A stretch of DNA of 64,000 nt. It comes from Felis catus (taxonomy: Eukaryota). The translations under genes were made by a program, and so were the position numbers. This document shows positions 52,621 through 64,000 of this stretch, in pieces (the stretch's first letter is position 1; the number at the start of each line of letters is the position of its first letter). Location: the NCBI RefSeq assembly GCF_018350175.1, contig NC_058368.1:37202001-37266000 (forward strand). Reading direction: 5' to 3'. The notes below the pieces were generated by a model that searched no databases, had not been told where the DNA came from, and was given only the letters and a program-made list of their open reading frames with translations.

Positions 52621-53369
52621 CTAGGAAAAGTTAAGAGAAGAGAAATTAGAAAGTACATTATTGGAGAACCTGGAAAATATCCATGACAATCTGGACTGAA
52701 GGAATGGTCTCTGACAACTCTCTGAGGGAATTGAGACTGAAGTCTCTTTGAGTATAAATATCCTTTAATTAGGAAAAAAAATGTGAACTTCAAGACTAAA
52801 AATGTTTTCTCATACTAGTTACTCTGAGTATATCTATGTGTATCGTGAGACCACACAAAGTGAAATATACTGAAGAATTCTAACTAGCTGAATCCTTAGG
52901 TGCTGGGATTGATACCTAGTTTCAGGGAAATGGAAAGATAAGATTTAGCCTCACAGCTCAAGAAGAAGGCTGTTTGTTTAGTCCTTAGAGGACACAGGGA
53001 CATAGGTGGCAGCTGAGGGCCTCTTCAGGACCACTGAAGCATTTGCTGTCTGCCTGTAACAAGTGAGTATTGAATGTGTGTTGTGTATAGGAACACACAT
53101 ACATGTACGTGTATGTGGGTTCAGTTCGTTTCCAAGTTACGTAGTTGATTTTGTCTAAATAAGAGTGAAAAATGCAACTCGTCAAGACAGAACAGGCAAT
53201 GAATTATTTTGTTCTCTTTCTGCCTTTTCAATCTTTCTTTTGAGTTGTTCTGTCTATTCGCAGTGTATCTCAGGGGCTGCATCACAGGTCGGCAGACACA
53301 AGGACCATATGTGTCCTTATCATATGATATGTCCTCATGTGATACCTTATCATTACATTGAGCCAGCGA

Positions 53370-53800
53370 GGTACAGTGGGAAAACCTTTGCCTTTAAACT
53401 TGATGTCACGTTTTCAAATAGCTACTTTCTCTTTTTGATTTGGGGCAAATAATGTAATCTGCTTAGACCTCAGTTCCTCATTAATAAAATGAAGATGCCA
53501 TCTGCCATGCCTGTTTCAAACCAGAATACATTCTGAAGGTAAAAAACATTGGTCTAAATCTTGACTTTGCCACTATATGGTCATACTCTTGAGCATATCA
53601 GCAAAATTTCTGGGCCTCATAATTCCCGTCTGGCAAAATGATACTAAATACACACACATAAAAGAACTTTTATTAATATTAAATGAATTAATGGAGGTAA
53701 AAATGTATAGAATAAGGCCTCACATTAGTGAACCCTTAAAAAGAAAGTTCATTTAGTTAATTTATCCTCACGTAGGATTGTATGGATATCAAATAATGAG
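53370..53800 (+). mobile_element. MIR fragments
   Basis: CCTCAGTTCCTCATTAATAAAATG and CTGGGCCTCA..CTGGCAAAATG cores. Confidence 0.6.
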
Positions 53801-53817
53801 AAGGCATTTTGTGACTT

Positions 53818-54036
53818 ATTTTTTTTAATATTTAGCATGTTTATTTATTTTTGAGAGAGAGAAAGAGCTCAAGCAGGGGAGGGGCAGAAAGAGAGAGAGG
53901 GAGATAGAATCTGAATGCAGGCTCCAGGCTCTGAATTGTCATCAAAGAGCTTGACACGGGGCTTGAACTCACAAACTGTGAGATCATGACCTGAGCCAAA
54001 ATCAGATCATTAACCGACTGAGCCACCCAGGCTCTC
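53818..54036 (-). mobile_element. Can-SINE
   Basis: Typical structure with GCATTTTGT on both flanks. Confidence 0.93.
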
Positions 54037-54087
54037 TAGCATTTTGTAATTAAAAGCAATATACAACTATTATTGAATGGCATATAC

Positions 54088-54288
54088 TTTTTTTTTTAAG
54101 TTTTATTTCTTTATTTTGAGAGAAAGGGAAAGAAAGTGTGAGCGCGGGAGGGGCAGCAAGAGGAAGAGAAAGAATCCCAAGCAGGCTCTATGCTGTCAGC
54201 ACAGAGCCTGTCGTGGGGCTCAATCCCACAAACCATGATCCAAAGTCAGGAGTTGGACACTTAACTGACAGAGCCACCCAGGTGCCCC
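54088..54288 (-). mobile_element. Can-SINE
   Basis: Typical structure with GAATGGCA on both flanks. Confidence 0.93.
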
Positions 54289-55109
54289 TAGAATGGCACA
54301 TTCTTAAATAACTATCTTCCTTCCTTAGAAAGATTACCTCTGCATATAGAGGTATGCACCTAGAGAGTACATCTTAGTCCACAGTTGTTAATAATATCAA
54401 GAATGAGCTGTGCCTTGGACAAGTAGGATCTTACATAAATTATTTCTTTTCACAAGTGTGATTGGCTATTTTAACATAACAAAGGTAAAAATGAGCTTAA
54501 TCTGAATTATTTATTCCAGTGCAAAATTCCTAAAATTCATATTTTATGAAAATATTCATGCAATCATATAAGCCTTGTATGTGCTCAAACATGAATTAGA
54601 GAGATATTGGATGAGTTTTAATATTCATGATGAAAGATTCTCAGATGGCTTAAAAAAGCCTATTGAAGCCAAATGAGAAAATCAGGATAGTTAAGGAATC
54701 ATTTCTAACATTCTCTTAGTGAGTTTATGCTACACACCTATGGTAAAATAGATAACATCACCATTTCTCAGAGGGATATGTAAGAAGCCAACTATGAACC
54801 CCACAAAAGGCTCGTTCTTTTTTAAGTTGTTTAAAACTTTAATTATTTTAAATAAGATATATTTAAAACACATTAATTATATAAAGGATTCCTACAGTGA
54901 TTGCCCTAAACAATGAAAAATTGTCCCATAATTAATTGATGAGTTTTCTAATTTCCAGTAAACTATTTTAACAGATTTCTTAAATAAAAGCATTCCCTTA
55001 TTTCTGAATTGCATAAGATGGAAACAGTGTAAGAATAATTTTTTTAATGTTGCTATTACACATTAAAGGTTCTTCCTTGATGTTCTCTCAGTCAATTAAA
55101 ATTAATTTT

Positions 55110-55322
55110 TGGTCACCTGTGTGGCTCAGTCGATTAAGTCTCTGACTTTGGCTCAGGTCATGATCTCACAGTTCATGAGTTCAAGCCCCACATCAGGCTC
55201 TCTGCTATCAGCTGGAACCCACCTCAGATCCTCAGTCCCCCTCTCTCTCTGCACCTCCCGCTCTCTCTCTCACTCTCTCTCTCTCAAAACTAAACAAACA
55301 TTTAAAATCAGTTTTAAAAAAT
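55110..55322 (+). mobile_element. Can-SINE
   Basis: Head, CT tract and tail present. Confidence 0.92.
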
Positions 55323-55820
55323 TAAATTAAATACCACAGTGTTAGAAGATGTGGGTTCATATATCTATGAGAAATTTTAAAACAAACATTCTTTTTAAAC
55401 ACTTAAAATCTGATTAGGAAGAATATAGTTATGTCAAAAAGACTGTATGTCTTCTATGGTCTATTCAGTCTTCTAATAGTCTTCTAATGTCTATTCAGGT
55501 CCCCTTCCCATTTCAGATCATTGATTGATAACACAGAAATTTTTCTTAATGCTAAGTCACATACATTTTCACATTTTCACACTGTTGTTAAAATGATTTT
55601 CCCAAATCTCTCAGCATAGACTGAGAAGTTGTAACACCTAAGAGAAGATGGTGTAATTGATGCATGTACTCTGAAAGAGTATCAATTAGGCCTTAAATGC
55701 AATTGATAAAAGTTCCTTAAAACTTTTAAATGCCAGCAATATTAATTTCAAAAGGCATGTAAGAAAAGGAAATTCTGAGCTTAACTCAAGAGAAAATCAT
55801 TATTAAAATGTTGTATTCTT

Positions 55821-56012
55821 GGGGCACATGGTGGCTCAGTTGGTTAAGCGTCCAACTTCGGCTCAGGTCATGATTTCCCAGCTCATGAGTTCAAGTCTCA
55901 CATTGGGCTCTGTGCTGACAGCTCTCAGCCTGGAGCTGCTTCAGGTTCTGTTGTCTCCCTCTATCTCTGCCCCCCCCCCCCAATAAATAAACATTAAAAG
56001 ATTAAAAAAAGG
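55821..56012 (+). mobile_element. Can-SINE
   Basis: TSD AAAATGTTGTATTCTT / AAAATGCTGTACTCTT. Confidence 0.93.
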
Positions 56013-56793
56013 AAAATGCTGTACTCTTCAAAATGCCTCAAAGTGATATTACTAGCTCTCAAATTGGTAAAGAAGTCAAGGTGACTAATAATGGTTGTGA
56101 ATAGCAATGCATCCCTGAGATGCTGTGCTCTGTTGCAAATGGCAACAGTGTTTGAGAGAATAGATTCTCAGTGTGAAGAGGCTTTGACTCAGACTTGACT
56201 CAGACTTGAGTGTAAAAGAAAAAGTGATACATAATTTTGTGTACAAAGCTGTGCTGTTGAAGTGGTAAACAACATTTTGTACATGTGTGCACATATTCCA
56301 TAGTGTCTGGGAAGCTGTTCCTTCTCAAAAGCCTAACATACCTTTAATGAATCATAAAATTAAGTAAATATAGTATTTATGTATTATGTCTACTTTCCCT
56401 CTATTCAAAATGTGAGCCAAAAGAAACACCGGAGTGGAGAATTTTCGCTGAATTTCATATCCCTCTAATTTCAGGTTGGTGATATAAATGAAGGAGTCAA
56501 GTGCTTTTCCAGTGCCACTCAGCTCTTAGGAGCTATTTAAAAGCCCGGCCATATCCGTTTTGTTTTGTGAGCTTTGTGCATAATGAAGGCAGTAAATAAT
56601 AAATGACAAATAATTACAGAATCATAAATTTAGCAGTGAGTGACTGAGCCTTACCGGATCATACTGAAATTGTAGTTTTTATGCAAAAGGCAAAAAAAAA
56701 AAAAAAAAAAAAAAAGAATAGTATGTATCAGAGGGGAAATCTTTTCCTCTTCCTCTTCTTCTTCTTTTTTTTTTTTTCCTAAGAAAAATCCTG

Positions 56794-56892
56794 AGGGCAC
56801 CTGGCTGGCTCAGTCAGTGGAGCATGCTCGATCTTGGGGTCATAGGTTTGAGCCCCATGTTGGGTATAGAGATTACTTAAAAATAAAATCCT
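56794..56892 (+). mobile_element. Short tRNA-like Can-SINE variant (no CT tract)
   Basis: CCTGGCTGGCTCAGTC..GGGTATAGAGATTACTTAAAAATAAAATC. Confidence 0.85.
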
Positions 56893-57289
56893 AAAAACTC
56901 CTTTACTAGCACATTTAAATCCTCCTTCACTTTAAAATAAGTGGATACTTTGGTGTTGAGTGAGCAGAGCATCTGCTGTGTATTATGCAATACTTAGTAC
57001 CTACTGAGATGACACAAAATGGGAAAAGAGCGCCCCTGGATGAGAACTTAGGTCCAAAATGAGACTTGGAGACATCTTGTATCTAATCATTTGCAAAAAT
57101 AGCTTATTAGTATATAAGAGGGAAGAATCGTTCACATGTTTCTGACATTTTGATAACAGGAATTGAGATTCTGGAGTACAGAAAGAGAACAATGGTGTGA
57201 AAGCACAATCCACACTATTACAACTATTTTTGAGGGGAGCACCAGGCTTTACCTCAGAAAAGGAGCCAGGATTTACACTGTATATGTAT

Positions 57290-57555
57290 GTATATTACAT
57301 GAGGTACCTAAAATAGTCAAGTTCAAAGAGCCAGAAGGTGGAATAGTGGTTGCCAGAAATAGTGAGCAGGGTGAAGGGAGAATGATTGTTTAATAGAGTT
57401 TGAGTTTGGGAAGATGAAAAAAGTCCTGGATATGTACAGTGATGATGCTTGTACAACAGTGTGAATGTACTTAACATCACTGAAGTGTACCCTTACCAAT
57501 GGTTAAAATGTTGTATTTTATTGTATATGCTTTACGATAATAAAGAAGTTTTTTT
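57290..57555 (+). mobile_element. L1MB-like 3' UTR
   Basis: TGAGGTACCTAAAATAGTCAA..GTGGTTGCCAG..AATGGTTAAAATG. Confidence 0.8.
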
Positions 57556-58442
57556 AACTGGGGAATGTGTGCTCCTGAGGGCATACAAAATGTTTCTAAG
57601 GGATACACTGTACCAGATGTATTTAAGGGAATACTATATTCAGTCCTCAACCTCTAGATATTCTCTTTTCTAGAACCAATCTGCCTTGGAGCATTCTTGT
57701 GAAAGATGAGTCTACTTGCTGCCTCTATCACCACAATCACTCTGTTCCCATATTAGAGAAATGACATCTGTCACCCACCTTGAATATTGTCATGGAGCAA
57801 AACCCAAAGGACACCAACCAAAGTAAAATTCAAGATATTGGTGTGATAAAAGCTCTGGTGATTAAGGAACCATAAGCCCTTAGGAGGGATTATTGTCTTT
57901 TTCTTCCTATTTCTTTAAAAATGTATACAAAGTTTCAGTGATACCAAATTAAATAGTCCTAGAGATATACAGAATAATATAGTGCCTGCAGTTAGAAACA
58001 CTGCATACATACTTAAAAATTTGTTAAAACTTCCACCTTGCACCATTTTCTGTCATATCTTACTTTATATGAGTTATCACTGACAAAAGTTATTTTTTTG
58101 TTCCTGCCAGTAGAATATAAGCTCTTTGCCCATTGCTTTATTTCTAACACCTCTTATGTAGTAGCTGAACAGAACATATGTGTTTAATGAATAAATAAGG
58201 GGGGGGGGAGGAAGAAAGGAAAGAAAAGTAAAAAGAGAAAGAAATAAATATTTAAAAAGGGAAAGAATGGAAAGACAATGAATTTACTTTTCCTTTAGAT
58301 ATAAACACTGAAAGATATGAAAACATATCTTAGTCCTTCAATTCAGTGTTGAATACTTTCTAGAAGTTCTGAGGTTCACTTTAACTTTTATTCAGCTATA
58401 CAAATGAATAGTCATGTTGTAGAATTCAAAATCACACTGTGT

Positions 58443-58672
58443 GAGGCACCTGGGTAACTCAGGCAGTTAAGCATCTGACTCTTGATCTCGGCTCAGATTA
58501 TGATCTCAAGGTTAGTGAGACCCAGACCCCCCCCCCCCCCACTTCCCCACTCTCCACCACGTCTAGCTCAGTGTGGACTGCATGGAACCCTGCTTGGGAT
58601 CATCTCTCTCCCTCTCTCTTTAGCCCTCCTCACTCTCTCTCTCTCTCAAAATAAATAAACTAAAAAAAAAGC
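58443..58672 (+). mobile_element. Can-SINE with internal poly-C
   Basis: Head, CT tract and tail present; CAAAATCA flanks. Confidence 0.88.
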
Positions 58673-59769
58673 ACAAAATCATGCTGCACTATTTCATATC
58701 TGAAATCTCCAACTTTTCCTACCTCATCCTTTTTCTTTTTCGCTAGAAAGTCTGCTCCCTGTCCCCCACTGAAACCTTAAATCATGAAGGCCTGTGTGCA
58801 TTGTTCCTCCTGGAACTATTCAAAACCTCCAAAACCTACTGATTACTCCAATTCTCGGTGATCATGCCCTCCTCACTTTTTGCGGCACATACAACTCTGT
58901 AGCCTTTCAGCCATTACTGTTACATGTAGTTCTTAAGGATTTTTTTGCTATCTTTCTCATGTAAGTTGTTCTTAATTCCCAAAATGTTTTGAGAGTGAGA
59001 GCTGGGCAGAGACCTCGCTTTCCATTTCTCATGTGTGGGGCACGTAACAGAATGAAAACTAAAAAAGCCATCACATTTTTTATTCCTCCACTCAAGGGAA
59101 CTTATTCCAACACTTCCACCCCAATGTCCAATGATCTCAGTTTCGCCCTCTCCACCAAATACTATCTTTGGTCCTCAACCTAGTATTACTCAACACTGTT
59201 CATCAATCTCTCCCTGTATCTCTCTGTTGGCTTTCCTGTGGTTGCTCTGACATGATTTATGTTTGATTTATCCAGGGGCTGTATCCAGTGCCTATACTGT
59301 TTCTTCTCTTTCCTACTCACTAATACACCTTGTGTATATGATGAAATAATGCATCCTTCAGTTCAACAATTCTATTCATGATTACTATGTCTCTGTCTAC
59401 TCTTGTGCTTCAATACATATATTGATTACTCACTATGTGCAAGACACCATACTCAGTGTCTAATTCATGGGTGTGCCCTCAGTTTGAGGATGATGGGGTT
59501 AGGTAATACGGAATATTTGTCTCTCAATAAATATCTTTGCATGAAAGATAGTAGAGACCTCAGAACTGGCTACTATGATTAAAGAAGCTGGTACCTGAAA
59601 ACCTTTCTGGTGTGGAGAGGTGCCTTCTCCAAACCTCCAAATAAAGTGGTAATAATAGTCCTGCTACCTCCCAGCTTGGTCCCAGGTCTTCCTCTCTTGA
59701 GGTCTATACACATGTAATTACATAAAACCAGAGGAACTGCTGAAGGCAGAAGTGATGGGGAGGAGGGAT

Positions 59770-59990
59770 GTTTTTGTTTTTTGTTTTCCACGTTTATTTA
59801 TTTTTGGGACAGAGAGAGACAGAGCATGAACGGGGGAGGGGCAGAGAGAGAGGGAGACACAGAATCGGAAACAGGCTCCAGGCTCTGAGCCATCAGCCCA
59901 GAGCCCGACGCGGGGCTCGAACTCACGGACCGCGAGATCGTGACCTAGCTGAAGTCGGATGCTTAACCGACTGCGCCACCCAGGCGCCCC
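59770..59990 (-). mobile_element. Young SINEC_Fc
   Basis: Near-consensus with CpGs intact; GGAGGGA flanks. Confidence 0.97.
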
Positions 59991-60010
59991 AAGGGAGGGA
60001 GTTTATGGTA

Positions 60011-60049
60011 ATCCCACTCGTAGGTACCTCATCCCACTCGTAGGTACCT
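60011..60049. repeat. Tandem duplication, 20-bp period
   Basis: ATCCCACTCGTAGGTACCT at 60011-60029 and 60031-60049. Confidence 0.9.
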
Positions 60050-60499
60050 AACTGACCTACTATCCAGGGTGCAGACAAGAAGGGGAAACTGGCATCTCAC
60101 TCCTCATTTGGATGTCCTCTGTCATCTTATGCAGTAGATTTCCTGCTCTTCACTGGTTGTCTTCTTAATAGTGAGATAGGCAAAGAGAAAGAGTCAACTA
60201 CTACATATATTTGAAGTTTTAGTTGGACTAGATGGGTTTGGTTAAGTACCTGAAAGTAACCCGAAACCAATGAGATTTTCTCATGATAGTATTACAAGGG
60301 GAGGGGGGGTGCGGATAGACATAACATAGTTGAAGACAGTGGTTGGAAAGAAATTTTATGAATAGGTTTTATTCTTTCACATTCTACAGAGTTGGAAATG
60401 TTCACTAAATCAGCCCATTTGAATAAATGAAGGAGTATGAGAACCAAATTGTACATAAAATACACACCATTCGACATGAAGTGGTGGAAAGTTCACGGA

Positions 60500-60640
60500 C
60501 TTCTCAAGGACATTAGAATTTGAAAATTTGAACCATGCCTCTTCCGTCATCTAGTTGTGACCTTCAGCAAGTCACTCATCTTTTCGGTTGCTTTTAATCC
60601 ATAAAATAATATGCTAAAATTTATATCAGATTAAGTTTCA
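60500..60640 (+). mobile_element. MIR fragment
   Basis: CTAGTTGTGACCTTCAGCAAGTCACT core. Confidence 0.6.
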
Positions 60641-61615
60641 GTGAAATAATAGGCATCTTCAGATCTCCACACACAGCAGCCTCTCAAAACTTTGTAGCTC
60701 CTTTCCTTATTCTTTTTCCTCATTCCCCAAGAATTGGCACCTGACATAAGAGGTTATATTACAATAAAAAATTAAAAATCAGATGACAATAGCATTTGAT
60801 TACAAAAACAAGTAGTGTAAGAATTCAAAATATAAGTATATGACTTCTAGTGAGGACTGCTTTTGTTCCTCTGGAATTTACAGAACGGTTGGAATTTTGA
60901 TAGGCCCAGATTTTGGAGGGGGAAGAAATCCAGACAGCAGGATGATCTGAGAGGAGAACAACTTTTATTTGAGTGAGTTGGTCATGTGATTAGCAGGGGA
61001 AGCAAAATAATTCAGTTAGACGTGAGATGAGTGGGGCATCATGGAACTGTAGATGTTGCCAATAATTTTTTTTCAATATAGCTGATGTCAGTGATTACTA
61101 ACCAAACTTGCTGGCCTCAAACTTGGCTTCTAACAAACAGTAGCTGTATAAGCTATGCTATATCTTTTAAGTTAATTGTATCAACTGAATTTTAGGAATG
61201 TTGATAGTTGGTTCCACAAGTTTTAAACTAAACCTTGAATAAATACATTTGAAACATCTGTCTTCTAAATCTTTTATTCTCTTTCACTAAGCCAATCACC
61301 TTAGCTTTAGTTCTATTTTCTTATGCTCAAAATGATGAGTAACGTTTTATGTGGCTGACAAATTTCTTTTCCTTTGGTAGAAATAAACTACTCTTGGTTA
61401 AGCTTGACCACCCATTCCTGAGTAATTGTTCAAATCAAGAAATATGGAAATTCTGCTCCATTGCAAGGAACTAATCAGGAATGAGTAAAATAACAGAAAG
61501 AATTTGGCAGAGGAAAACTAACAAAACATCCTTGTTTACTGCAACTTGACCTCTGCTTAAATACATGGATTTGCTCCTCATCCGTCATTCTAAATTTATT
61601 TGCCATTTCCTTAAA

Positions 61616-61792
61616 GCAGTGGTTCTTAGCACCAGACGCATATTATAATAACCAGGAGAGAGTTTAAATTTATCAGTGCTGAGGACCCACCTGCAGAGAC
61701 TCTACTTTAATTGTCCTGGGCTGGAGCATGTGATCGTTTATTTCCAGAGCTTCCCAGGTGATGCTGTTGGAGTGTTAGACTTGAGAGCAATT
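61616..61792. mobile_element. MER5A-like hAT-Charlie MITE
   Basis: CAGTGGTTCTTA start, CCCAGGTGATGCTG, TTGAGAGCAA end. Confidence 0.75.
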
Positions 61793-62146
61793 TCTGTAAG
61801 GCTTCCGTCAGCTCTTTCAGAAGTGGTGAGTTTACTCTGTTTTTTGGGGGGTCTCATAGATCTATTCATAATTTTGACAGCATTTGCCATGCAGTAGTGT
61901 AATATATCTATTTATGCAGTAGTCCTCTGGATTAGAGAAGCTCCTTGGTGACTATCTGTAGAATGTCTGATCTATTATGGGGCTCTCATTGAGTTGGGGG
62001 ACCCCCACGCTGGCATATTAAATTGAGAATATGCAGATTATGACCTGCTGAATGAGAAGGCACAAGCCACCCGCACAGGCTCAGCAAATAGCTCCCTCAG
62101 CCTCTGAGCTCTCACCTTAAGGAAGTAGAAACCCCAGGGTTGTTTT

Positions 62147-62362
62147 TTGTTTGTTTGTTTGTTTTCCTTAATGCTTATTTATTTTGAGATAGAGACATTG
62201 TGATCAGGAGGGGTAGGGAGAGTGGGAGACACAGAATCCGAAGCAGGCTCCAGACTCTGAGTTGTCAGTGCAAGGCCAGTGCGGGGCTTGAACCCACAAT
62301 CTGTGAGATCATGACCTGAGCCTAAGTCGGTCAATCAACTGACTGAGCCACCCAGGAGCCCT
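62147..62362 (-). mobile_element. Can-SINE
   Basis: Flanked by CCAGGGTTGTTTT. Confidence 0.93.
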
Positions 62363-62376
62363 ACCAGGGTTGTTTT

Positions 62377-62597
62377 TTTTATAATTTTTTTAAATGTTTT
62401 TATTTATTTTTGAGACAGAGAGAGACAGAGCATGAGCAGGGGAGGGTCAGAGAGAGAGGGAGACATAGAATCTGAAGCAGGCTCCAGGCTCTGAGCTGTC
62501 AGCACAGAGTCTGACGCGGGGCTTGAACTCATGGACTGTGAGATCATGACCTGAGCTGAAGTCGGACACTCAACCGACTGAGCCACCTGGGCGCCCC
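62377..62597 (-). mobile_element. Can-SINE
   Basis: Flanked by CCAGGGTTGTTTT. Confidence 0.95.
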
Positions 62598-64000
62598 ATC
62601 ACCAGGGTTGTTTTAATTGAAGACACAGTTTCAATACATTCACACAAAGGAAGTAAAGTCACATGATGTATTACTTATGAATCCCAGAAATGAGGTGATG
62701 GGGTGCATGAGCTGGAGGAAGGTCAGTCCTGTTTCAGGTAGCCATTGGGCAAGAGATACAGAGCAAGCACCTATTATACCTAAGGTGATTGGGGCAGAGG
62801 TCACTAACTTTCCTCAGGCAGTTCAACTGTAAGTGGTTATTCAAAACTGTGCCCCAGAAAAAGCAAAGGGGTAACGCGTGGCAGGAATCCTAAGCTAGGG
62901 TGCTTTTCTAAACGTCTAGACTCTGGGTGTGAGCAGGGTTGTCATCTGTTATGATGCCTCGACAGCAACTCAGAACAGATGTTTTCTTATCACACTCGTC
63001 AATGGAAAAGCATCAAAAGATGTGCTGTGTAGATGCTCACACAAGATAATCTACAAAGATTGGTGAAAATGTGAAGGGAATAATAGTATAGACAATGGTT
63101 CTGTTATCTTCTGGGAGAAGACAATTGTAGGCATAAAAATACTTGCTTATGACTCCTTCAATACGTTTGCTTTCTCACTTATTCCAACTTGCCACAGTGA
63201 TATCAGGACATGAGCCTTACTGTTTATTTTCTTCATAAAAGTAAGAAGGAGATTATATCACAAAATTAAATAGTATCCTTCTTTCAGGAAGTACTAACAC
63301 GCATCCAGACACATGCTTAGCTTTTTCTTCTCAATTAAATGCTATTATTGGAAAGTTAATCTGATTTAAGTATCAGTTGATGGGCTTTAAACTCTTACCT
63401 ATGCTAAGGATAAGTGCAAGGTAATTGCAGATTCAACAGCATTTTAAAACAAATATAGAAGTAGTAAATAGCTTGAGCACATTTTAGAAAATCCAGAAAA
63501 TGCATATTCTCATCATTCTAAATGAGAGAACAAGCCCTCTCATTGCCTCTCGTGGAAGAGTGTCCATGTGGAAAAGAGCTGTTGGTCACAACAGGCTAGA
63601 AATAAGAGTCAGTTCTTCCTGGGAGATTGCAGAAGAGGCACACTGATACCCAAACTCCACCATTTTATCGTACGAGAAATTTTTTGCCATGTTCCTGGTA
63701 CCTACTTGGCAGTCCGTTTCTTACTGTTTAATCAGACCAGTTTAAATCTCAAGACATTAGACCTTGCTATGTCTTAACTACTATGATACAAAAGGAGCAC
63801 CAAAAGAAATCAATATTGCTGTAAATATTTCTCTCATATAATTTTGCTTTTTATAAAAATGTGTTGCGAAAATGGGAGAAAGAATGTGTAATCAATGCAA
63901 TATACTACACCTTCTTATAGGTCTTGTGTGTGCAAGGTTCTTTTTACTGAGTGGTGGAAGAGAGAATAAAACACAGTCCTTGGGAACTAATATCCTTCAG

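Noticed and set aside
56794..56892. tRNA gene
   Set aside because: It is a tRNA-derived SINE head with an A-rich tail and no intact cloverleaf.

Overview
This is AT-rich, repeat-dense mammalian genomic DNA from a felid or feliform, judged by Can-SINE/SINEC_Fc-type SINEs and carnivore-type L1s. No host protein-coding exon can be confidently identified, and nearly all ORF-track entries come from L1 or SINE sequence or are chance ORFs. The window holds a 5'-complete L1 running off the left edge (1-4425, minus) and a full-length decayed L1 with a different 5' UTR (~42490-49735, minus). It also holds older L1/L2/MIR fragments, two ERVL-type internal remnants with LTRs, DNA-transposon MITEs and about 22 SINEs. 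The main result is a ~1.1 kb decayed minus-strand segment at ~41050-42170. Read across frameshifts, it is collinear with the bornavirus glycoprotein (end of the N-terminal subunit, the fusion subunit, TM and tail) and continues into the N-terminus of the L polymerase, with an AG at the position of the viral L splice acceptor. I call it an endogenous bornavirus-like G/L element. That comparison and all repeat family names are from memory of reference sequences, not database searches, and old-repeat boundaries are approximate.
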